From a virus, in the IMG/VR virus record IMGVR_UViG_3300024518_000010: a stretch of 43,228 nt of DNA. One strand, 5' to 3'. Each line of letters opens with the position of its first letter. Position 1 is the first letter of the stretch. Shown here piece after piece: positions 1 to 5,381 of the stretch. Below the pieces are notes generated by a model. The model ran no database searches. It had not been told where the DNA came from and was given only the letters and a program-made list of their open reading frames with translations. The translations under genes were made by a program, and so were the position numbers.

Positions 1-127
1 TTCATCACACTTCACAAAAATCGACTTAATCGCCCAATACGTCGCCTCTTCAATCTTGGTCAAGGCAATACTTAGTTCCCTGCTGGGTGGGCACTTTCCG
101 TTCAATGCTCCTGCCAGACCATGACAA
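1..127. repeat. Terminal direct repeat copy 1, identical to 43102..43228 (circular-assembly overlap)
   Basis: Read directly: ttcatcacacttcacaaaaatcg...ctgccagaccatgacaa occurs at both window ends. The unique unit is therefore 43,101 bp. Confidence 0.97.
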
Positions 128-267
128 AGAGTAGTGATCTGTGTCCCCTTCTCTATAACCTCATCACTGGCTCGCACATTACCATAGTCAGTACCCAACC
201 GCTGGGCCATGCGATCACGCAACACACTATCCGGCACACTCTTTCCATCTTTTAATCTGCCTGTCAT
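1..267 (-). CDS. Hypothetical 89-aa protein spanning the circular junction; its TAG stop lies at 43099..43101
   Basis: Hand translation from ATG 267..265 gives MTGRLKDGKSVPDSVLRDRMAQRLGTDYGNVRASDEVIEKGTQITTLCHGLAGALNGKCPPSRELSIALTKIEEATYWAIKSIFVKCDE. It is open to base 1. The start forms an ATGA overlap with the stop of the upstream ORF (264..266). It is absent from the ORF track because it runs off the window edge. Confidence 0.6.
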   Translation of the reverse strand, partial: MTGRLKDGKSVPDSVLRDRMAQRLGTDYGNVRASDEVIEKGTQITTLCHGLAGALNGKCPPSRELSIALTKIEEATYWAIKSIFVKCDE

Positions 268-569
268 AAATCAATCACCTTTACCTCGCTCCACCCATCG
301 GGCACAAACCACCCAACAACCGGCACAGCATCATACACACGCAACTTCACTATCCGAACATTCACCTCGGCAGCCATACCAACCACAAAAGCCCTATCTT
401 CGGCAACGGCAACATCGTGTCTCAACTGTTCTATGCCTGCCCTCTCACTGGGCCACGAGGCATGGTTTATTGCAACGGCAGGCATCGCAATAATAACAAT
501 AGCCGACCCCGTGACAATAAGCAACAACCCCCACACAGTCTCCCACCACGGCTCTTTATACTTATTCAT
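264..569 (-). CDS. Hypothetical membrane protein, 101 aa, N-terminal TM helix
   Basis: Internal ATG at 569 of tracked ORF 264..641, preceded by GGAAGGAG (reverse complement of 574..581). Hydrophobic N-terminus WWETVWGLLLIVTGSAIVIIAMPAV. Confidence 0.6.
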   Translation of the reverse strand: MNKYKEPWWETVWGLLLIVTGSAIVIIAMPAVAINHASWPSERAGIEQLRHDVAVAEDRAFVVGMAAEVNVRIVKLRVYDAVPVVGWFVPDGWSEVKVIDL

Positions 570-672
570 CAATACTCCTTCCAGCGCACAGCACCATATA
601 CACCACCAACCCCAAACACCCCAGCACCAAGGCAACGGCAACTACATCATACACAGTCACAGCAGCTATCAT
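562..672 (-). CDS. 36-aa single-TM micro-protein (MIAAVTVYDVVAVALVLGCLGLVVYMVLCAGRSIDE)
   Basis: ATG at 672 with GGGGAGG about 10 nt upstream. ATGA overlap with the stop of the preceding micro-ORF. Its 3' end overlaps the next start by 8 nt. Confidence 0.4.
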   Translation of the reverse strand: MIAAVTVYDVVAVALVLGCLGLVVYMVLCAGRSIDE

Positions 673-779
673 TTGTCGAATAGCCTCCCCACCACCAATA
701 TAGTATACGCCAATATCGGCAAGGCCAAGGCAGCAATAATCATCGCTCGCAACACCATCATTATCAGGTCGTCTGTCAT
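669..779 (-). CDS. 36-aa single-TM micro-protein (MTDDLIMMVLRAMIIAALALPILAYTILVVGRLFDK)
   Basis: Hand-translated; below the ORF-track cutoff. ATG 779..777 overlaps the TGA (778..776) of ORF 776..1066. TAGGAG lies 9 nt upstream. Its stop overlaps the ATG at 672. Confidence 0.4.
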   Translation of the reverse strand: MTDDLIMMVLRAMIIAALALPILAYTILVVGRLFDK

Positions 780-1066
780 TTTGCTTCACTCCTACTAAAT
801 ATAAGGGCCGACTCTCGCCACGCATGTTTCATTTTAGTCACAACATCCTTGGGCAAAGGCGAATACGTACGGCCCAACCAATCATCAAAGGCAGAATCCG
901 TGGGTGGAGGGGGCAAATAAAACCAGGCATCCCATGACTGCGGCACATTAGGCACACGCACTATAAACTTCAGCCACGACTGCATCCTAACATCCCAAAC
1001 CATAACCTCTCTACCCACTTCCGGCAGATCACCCCGGTGCAAAAAACTAATCGTTCTTGTGTTCAT
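776..1066 (-). CDS. Hypothetical protein, DUF551-like pattern (W...DAW..LPPPP); paralog of 1531..1845
   Basis: Tracked ORF. EVMVWDVRMQSWLKFIVRV...SWDAWFYLPPPPTDSAFDDW aligns with the 1531..1845 product (ILVWSVEGKVWMSFCVV...YDAWQPQLPPPPDPCDLEFEAW). Confidence 0.65.
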   Translation of the reverse strand: MNTRTISFLHRGDLPEVGREVMVWDVRMQSWLKFIVRVPNVPQSWDAWFYLPPPPTDSAFDDWLGRTYSPLPKDVVTKMKHAWRESALIFSRSEAK

Positions 1067-1353
1067 AAAATTTAATCCCGCCGTGTTTGCTTGTTTAGTT
1101 TATTACATTGTGCCCAATTTATAACCTAACATAACTCTCTTGACTATCCATCATTTTAGTTGTTTACAAACACGGCAGGAAAAGATCGCCGGGGCAGTGA
1201 GTTCGGCAACGTGGAAGCTTAACATGCAGCCCCCCTCCTGGCCCCCGGCTTCCCATGGGAAAGGCAATATACTACACTCGGCAACCCAAGGCGCAACGAG
1301 GTTATTACTCCCATAGGTGTCTAGCCCACAGGACCGAGTGCAAAAGGCAATAG

Positions 1354-1427
1354 TGGTAGCAGAGGCAGGAATCGAACCTGCAAGGGCCTGGGTTATGAGC
1401 CCGACCTGGGGACCGCCCCTCCCTGCA
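1354..1427 (-). tRNA. tRNA-Met(CAU)-like element with a canonical 3' half and an aberrant 5' half (possible phage tRNA, pseudo-tRNA or tRNA-derived att core)
   Basis: Minus strand reads TGCAGGG-AG-GGGG-CGGT-CCCC-AGG-TCGGG-CTCATAA-CCCAG-GCCCTT-GCAGG-TTCGATT-CCTGC-CTCTGCT-A-CCA. T arm, CAU anticodon loop, 6 of 7 acceptor pairs and an encoded CCA are present. The D loop is only 4 nt, and there are a C.A mismatch and extra nucleotides. Confidence 0.5.
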
Positions 1428-1530
1428 CCTACAAACAACAGGCAAAGGCAGAGGGCCAGGGCATAGCTGCGAATCCACACCCCAACCCCCATTACCTCAT
1501 CATGACCACACCGACTGTGACCGCAAATTC

Positions 1531-1845
1531 TCATATCTTCTCATCCTTCCGAGGCCGTTTAGCGGCAGCCCTCCATACAGACAGCGCCCTATCACGATCA
1601 ATCGTCACATTATTCAACACATCTGCATCATCAGAGAGCCACCACGCTTCAAACTCCAAATCACACGGATCAGGGGGCGGCGGCAACTGCGGCTGCCACG
1701 CATCATAGGGATACGAATCTGCAACCACGCAGAAAGACATCCACACCTTCCCCTCCACAGACCAAACCAAAATACTATCCCCCGCCACAGGCACATCTCC
1801 CATACTCCTATACCTGATATCACTCCTATACCTAATATCACTCAT
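1531..1845 (-). CDS. Hypothetical protein, DUF551-like pattern; N-terminal tandem SDIRYR-SDIRYR
   Basis: Tracked ORF. ATGA overlap with the upstream stop. An 18-bp tandem duplication at 1805..1840 encodes the duplicated hexapeptide. Confidence 0.65.
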   Translation of the reverse strand: MSDIRYRSDIRYRSMGDVPVAGDSILVWSVEGKVWMSFCVVADSYPYDAWQPQLPPPPDPCDLEFEAWWLSDDADVLNNVTIDRDRALSVWRAAAKRPRKDEKI

Positions 1846-2177
1846 ATACTCACCTCCGTAGGCACAGGCACCACATCACTCGGCGCCATCTTATCCACTT
1901 TCTTCGTCAACTCAACCTGCTTCACCTCTGCATCGGCAAGACTGTTCAAACTCCACCCCCATACCCCAAACTCCCTGGCAGCCGGATACATCTCCCGCTT
2001 CGGCAATAACACCTTCATCTGCGGCACATACTCTTCCTGCCTCACTCGCACCTTTATCAATTCCCACGCTACGGCACGATCACCCTTACATCGCTCATAC
2101 ACTGCCCACTTGCCCTTACGCCATACCTGCTTATAGTCGAACCCCCCGGCAGAGAATGTTTTAGGTAGTTTTTTCAT
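1842..2177 (-). CDS. Hypothetical protein (MKKLPKTFSAGGFDYKQVWRKGKWAVYE...)
   Basis: Tracked ORF 1842..2243 begins with TTG. The first ATG, at 2177, is preferred. The start is uncertain. Confidence 0.55.
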   Translation of the reverse strand: MKKLPKTFSAGGFDYKQVWRKGKWAVYERCKGDRAVAWELIKVRVRQEEYVPQMKVLLPKREMYPAAREFGVWGWSLNSLADAEVKQVELTKKVDKMAPSDVVPVPTEVSI

Positions 2178-2613
2178 TCGGTTTAATGGTCTTTGTCTCG
2201 GCAACTTCAATAATATGCTCCACCGGACGTAATTGGTCAACAAATTTATTCAAATCAACTTTCACATGCTGGTTAACCCTCGTCTCGGCAATATGAGTTT
2301 TCTTCAAATGATCATCCAATATCCCATATATAATGGCCAAATCCTTAGTCTTTATCTCTTTCAGTTGCTCAGGATCCGCTAACCGCTTCGACAACTCAGA
2401 CCCAGCCAAGTCAGTATTGTCCACCAGCACGGCAGCCATACGTTCCCTCATCCAATTGTTCCCCAGTTTCGCCCGGACAATAGCAGACAAGGACTTTTGC
2501 GACACACCCAGATCACTTGCCACAGTAACTATCGCCGCCCCCTCCTGGATCTTGGCAATGGCAGCATCTCGCTCTCGATCTAGCAGGTCTGTAATCTCTA
2601 AATATCGGCCCAT
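2161..2613 (-). CDS. HTH DNA-binding protein, 150 aa: candidate regulator or small terminase subunit
   Basis: N-terminal HTH-like segment RDAAIAKIQEGAAIVTVASDLGVSQKSLSAIV. It is the first gene of the leftward arm, directly downstream of a sigma70-like promoter. Confidence 0.6.
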   Translation of the reverse strand: MGRYLEITDLLDRERDAAIAKIQEGAAIVTVASDLGVSQKSLSAIVRAKLGNNWMRERMAAVLVDNTDLAGSELSKRLADPEQLKEIKTKDLAIIYGILDDHLKKTHIAETRVNQHVKVDLNKFVDQLRPVEHIIEVAETKTIKPNEKTT

Positions 2614-2621
2614 ATACTAGA

Positions 2622-2651
2622 AAAATAGCGTAAAAAGGCCTGTTTTGTCAA
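2622..2651 (-). promoter_or_regulatory. Sigma70-like promoter for the leftward arm (-35 TTGACA, 18-nt spacer, -10 TATTTT)
   Basis: Minus strand reads TTGACA (2651..2646), 18 nt, TATTTT (2627..2622). The ATG at 2613 follows 8 nt later, implying a leaderless mRNA. Confidence 0.35.
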
Positions 2652-2755
2652 GTTTTATATGAAATTGTCTGACATATTCGCTTTATTAAAATAACGGAAA
2701 CGGCACATCCCATATTAGGATGCCTGGGCTCCGCCGACCCCGACCCCCGCCCCCC

Positions 2756-2783
2756 CTAAGTGCCTGGCTATCAACGACTTACG
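2756..2783. repeat. 27-bp quasi-palindrome, copy 1 of a family (CTAAGTGCCTGGCTATCAACGACTTAC)
   Basis: 24 of 27 identical to 5072..5098. Outer arms TAAGT/ACTTA are inverted repeats. Confidence 0.85.
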
Positions 2784-2790
2784 ACGATCT

Positions 2791-2862
2791 GATACCATTG
2801 ATACCAACGATACCACACATATCATACATATCATACATACCAATTGATACCACTGATACCAC
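2791..2862. repeat. Degenerate 9-bp-period tandem array, about 8 units, with five exact GATACCA cores
   Basis: GATACCA at 2791, 2800, 2809, 2846 and 2855. CATATCATA x2 at 2818..2835. It lies in the divergent intergenic region. Confidence 0.85.
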
Positions 2863-3135
2863 TCCCATCGACCCGGCCACCGGCAATAGCAGAGCACACC
2901 AGCCCCAAAGCCCCTACATCCAGGTCAAAACCATAGACTAGCAATCTGTGGTATGGATGAAGCCCCAGTTACATATTTGATCGGCCCCAGCTTCACGGTC
3001 TCATTATCGGTGTGACCCCTTTTCCCGGCACCCTCCTAGTCGGGATGGACCGCTCATGAGACTACAAATGTAGTCAGTATCCAATTGTTAGTACAGGCTA
3101 ACATTTACCATTGGTTTTTTGTCTGCCAATAAATA

Positions 3136-3164
3136 TTGACTCCGCGCGCCGCCGACACTATATT
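3136..3164 (+). promoter_or_regulatory. Sigma70-like promoter for the rightward early operon (-35 TTGACT, 17-nt spacer, -10 TATATT)
   Basis: TTGACT 3136..3141, spacer 3142..3158, TATATT 3159..3164. The ATG at 3173 is 8 nt downstream and has no SD, which predicts a leaderless mRNA. Confidence 0.5.
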
Positions 3165-3172
3165 ACGCGCAC

Positions 3173-3631
3173 ATGACAAATACACCGACCACCACCACCG
3201 ACCGGAGCCGCACCTGGCGCACGGCAATTTCACGCAACAAACTAGCAGCCCCCATGCAGTATCTTCTCAATACCCACAAACTAGCAGCCAGGGGCCGACA
3301 CCTGGACTATGGATGCGGCAAGGGCCAGGATGCCGACCGACTGGGGATGGATAAATTTGACCCGCACTTCTTCCCGGAGCTTCCCGGGGCGCAATACACC
3401 ACCATTACTTGTAACTATGTCCTCAACGTGGTGGAAGACCCGGCCACACAGGTCAACATCATCAATCACATAAGAGAACTATTGACTGAGGACGGCAAAG
3501 CATACGTGACGGTCCGGGCCGATGTAAAGGTTGACGGACCCACGTCCAAAGGGTGGCAAGGAACCGTGACCCTAAACTTTCCAATAGTTAAAAAAACGTC
3601 CGGCTACACCATCTACCGCGTAACTAAATAA
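3173..3631 (+). CDS. Class I SAM-dependent methyltransferase; N-terminal pattern resembles Dnd-associated putative methyltransferases
   Basis: Motif I LDYGCGKGQD. Preceding RTAISRNKLAAPMQYLL and following FDPHFFPE match my recollection of the dnd-related methyltransferase pattern. This was not searched. Confidence 0.7.
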   Translation: MTNTPTTTTDRSRTWRTAISRNKLAAPMQYLLNTHKLAARGRHLDYGCGKGQDADRLGMDKFDPHFFPELPGAQYTTITCNYVLNVVEDPATQVNIINHIRELLTEDGKAYVTVRADVKVDGPTSKGWQGTVTLNFPIVKKTSGYTIYRVTK

Positions 3632-3635
3632 AACT

Positions 3636-3875
3636 ATGAGAACATCGCAAATACCCGCCCTAACCAAACTTCACAAAGACCCGACTTGCCAATTTGTCAC
3701 GATGGAGATCCTCGAAACAATTGACCGCTATGATCCTGATCCGATCGATCTAGCCGCCGCCTTACAGTATATAGTGGACAAAATAGACGACCACGTTTCA
3801 AACATTCAGCACAAAGCAGCCCTACGGAGACCGAACCCAACTTATGGCGGGGCAACCACATCTTGGCGTGGCTGA
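3636..3875 (+). CDS. Hypothetical protein, 79 aa
   Basis: Tracked ORF, tightly packed between the two neighbouring genes. Confidence 0.5.
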   Translation: MRTSQIPALTKLHKDPTCQFVTMEILETIDRYDPDPIDLAAALQYIVDKIDDHVSNIQHKAALRRPNPTYGGATTSWRG

Positions 3876-3915
3876 AAGGAACGGCAGTTCTCACAACTCA
3901 GACTATCGTGAAAGC

Positions 3916-4512
3916 ATGAAAACAAACATGAAAACAAACATGGAAATATACATAAGTTGGAGAGGTAATAAAAAACTCTCTTGGCCCGTGTTCAACATAC
4001 CGGCAAAAATCACTTGCCCGTTCAAAACGCCGCTCTGCTCAAAATTCTGCTACGCGACCAAAGCGGAAAGACATCGGCCCCCAGTCTTGCCTTGCCGGTT
4101 AAAAAACTATGAGGCTACACGACACCCGGATTTCGTCGACACGGTGGCGGAGGCAATATTAAGCAAGCGCAAGCCGGTCAAGATATTCAGGATCCATGAG
4201 AGTGGAGACTTTTACAACTTGGCGTATTATGACAAGTGGGTACGCATAGCCGCCCGATGTAAATCAACAAAATTTGTGGCATTCACGAAAAACTTTGCTG
4301 TGTTCGAGTGGCCCCACAAATCACGCAATCTCAAAATCATAGCGTCGATATTCCCCGACTCCCCGACACCACCACCGGTAGGAGTTCCAACATTCACGGC
4401 CGTTGCTAGGGGCACAAAAGGCAAAGGCACACAGTGCAAAGGCAAATGTGATGACTGCGAAAAATGCCCCTTTGCGACAGGTCGAACTAAAATCTGGACA
4501 GAGATCCACTAA
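3916..4512 (+). CDS. Cys-rich Gp88-like protein, putative metal or Fe-S binding
   Basis: ITCPFKTPLCSKFCYA near the N-terminus, RIHESGDF in the centre, and a C-terminal CKGKCDDCEKC (CX3CX2CX2C). Start chosen at the first of three in-frame ATGs (3916, 3928, 3940) created by a 12-bp tandem duplication. Confidence 0.6.
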   Translation: MKTNMKTNMEIYISWRGNKKLSWPVFNIPAKITCPFKTPLCSKFCYATKAERHRPPVLPCRLKNYEATRHPDFVDTVAEAILSKRKPVKIFRIHESGDFYNLAYYDKWVRIAARCKSTKFVAFTKNFAVFEWPHKSRNLKIIASIFPDSPTPPPVGVPTFTAVARGTKGKGTQCKGKCDDCEKCPFATGRTKIWTEIH

Positions 4513-4609
4513 TATGAGAGCACTTACCCGATTGATTACATTATTGATCTGGCTACTGGCCTTTATCATTTTATCGGCCGATCTGTAAAGTGTAGCCATG
4601 CAAACCTGC

Positions 4610-4637
4610 GCCCCGGCAATTGTCGGGGTTTTATTTT
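4610..4637 (+). terminator. Candidate rho-independent terminator of the early operon
   Basis: GCCCCG-gcaattgt-CGGGGT stem-loop followed by TTTTATTTT, about 100 nt after the 4512 stop. Confidence 0.45.
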
Positions 4638-4738
4638 GCCCTAATTCGCGGCCCAAAGTAGCCACACAAAAAGCCCCAATGTCGACCAGCAGCAACCAAG
4701 TTCCCACCACCACTATTGAAACTAGGTCTCGCCATCAC

Positions 4739-4790
4739 TTTTGGCCCATTTTTCGCCGATTTTGCCCGATTTCGAGGATTTTGGGGATTT
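4739..4790. other. Helically phased T-tracts (predicted intrinsic DNA bend)
   Basis: T3-5 tracts start at 4739, 4749, 4760, 4770, 4779 and 4788, with spacing 10, 11, 10, 9, 9. Most are preceded by GA. Confidence 0.6.
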
Positions 4791-4803
4791 GGGTCCGAAA
4801 GTA

Positions 4804-4837
4804 GGCTCCGAGAGTGGGCTCCGAGAGTGGGCTCCGG
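4804..4837. repeat. 13-bp tandem repeat GGCTCCGAGAGTG, 2.6 copies
   Basis: Exact copies at 4804..4816 and 4817..4829. Partial copy at 4830..4837. Confidence 0.9.
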
Positions 4838-5046
4838 CAAAACACTCAATCTAAATCCAAAAAAGCATCAAAAAGTTAGCGCAGAAAAAAAAAGGGCCAG
4901 ATATCAGGTAAATGTCAGAAGTGCTGTTTTTTACCACCCTGTGCGCTCTCTCATCGACTTTAGGGCGTTCAAGGTATCTACCTACCCGGAAGGGGGGTAA
5001 CGAGCTCTAAGGGCGATTTTTGAGATTTGGGCCAAAACGAGGTGCA

Positions 5047-5381
5047 ACCCTACACCGGCAATATCTTCTACGTAAGTGCCTGGTAATCAACGACTTACGC
5101 AAGGCAGGATGTGAATGTGAAGGGTGTAGGGTATATGTGCGAACCCCTTATATATAGAAATATACCTATACCATATTTACATTATGCTTTTTCTACCATG
5201 CCACTTTATACCCTACACACCCTACACCCTACACCTTTTAAGTATATAATTGATGTAAGTAGTTGATAATAAGGGGTTTAGCGATATCGAAAAATGGTGT
5301 AGGGTTGGTGTAGGGTTAAAATTAGTGTTTTGTAAGTGCTTGATAATCAACGACTTATGAAAGTGGCAAAAGGTGTAGGGT
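5047..5381. repeat. Integrase-proximal array: eight GGTGTAGGGT 10-mers (4 forward, 4 reverse) interleaved with 27-bp quasi-palindromes; candidate attP arm sites or ori iterons
   Basis: Reverse copies at 5047, 5210, 5219 and 5226. Forward copies at 5123, 5296, 5307 and 5372. Quasi-palindromes at 5072..5098 and 5332..5358, with a half copy at 5255..5274. The last 10-mer abuts the int stop codon. Confidence 0.85.

Noticed and set aside
1-127. Interpreting the 127-bp terminal repeat as the physical direct terminal repeat of a T7-like genome
   Set aside because: The repeat cuts through two coding sequences (the 3' end of the 89-aa gene and the HAD gene start). Its length equals a standard assembler k-mer. 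A circular-assembly artefact is the simpler explanation, and it cannot be resolved without reads.
1250-1261. Perfect 12-bp palindrome TTCCCATGGGAA near the tRNA-like element
   Set aside because: About ten perfect 12-bp palindromes are expected by chance in 43 kb, so it is not significant on its own.
1067-1530. tmRNA (ssrA)-like gene around the tRNA-like element
   Set aside because: The element has a full CAU anticodon loop rather than a tmRNA architecture. No tag-peptide reading frame or pseudoknot pattern was evident by eye.
1151-1534. Tracked 127-aa minus-strand ORF covering the tRNA-like element
   Set aside because: It reads straight through the tRNA-like sequence, has low-complexity Gly/Cys-rich content and no RBS, and sits in an otherwise non-coding gap. 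It is most likely spurious.
2715-2941. Tracked ORFs 2715..2897 (-) and 2720..2941 (+)
   Set aside because: Both are translations of the 9-bp tandem array and a poly-C/G tract (repetitive peptides such as ISYISYI and WYQWYQ), lying in the divergent promoter region.
3060-3075. Palindrome GACTACA-AA-TGTAGTC about 60 bp upstream of the rightward promoter, as an operator
   Set aside because: It is a single copy, and 7+7 dyads with short spacers are expected several times per genome by chance. Noted but not called.
4598-5000. Tracked ORFs 4598..4804 (+), 4631..4849 (-) and 4716..5000 (+)
   Set aside because: They overlap one another and are driven by T-tracts and tandem repeats. They have no RBS and an unusual basic, low-complexity composition. 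The region is treated as non-coding.
5047-5381. CRISPR array
   Set aside because: The repeats are only 10 bp, occur in both orientations and have irregular spacing. There are no cas genes. This is not CRISPR-like.
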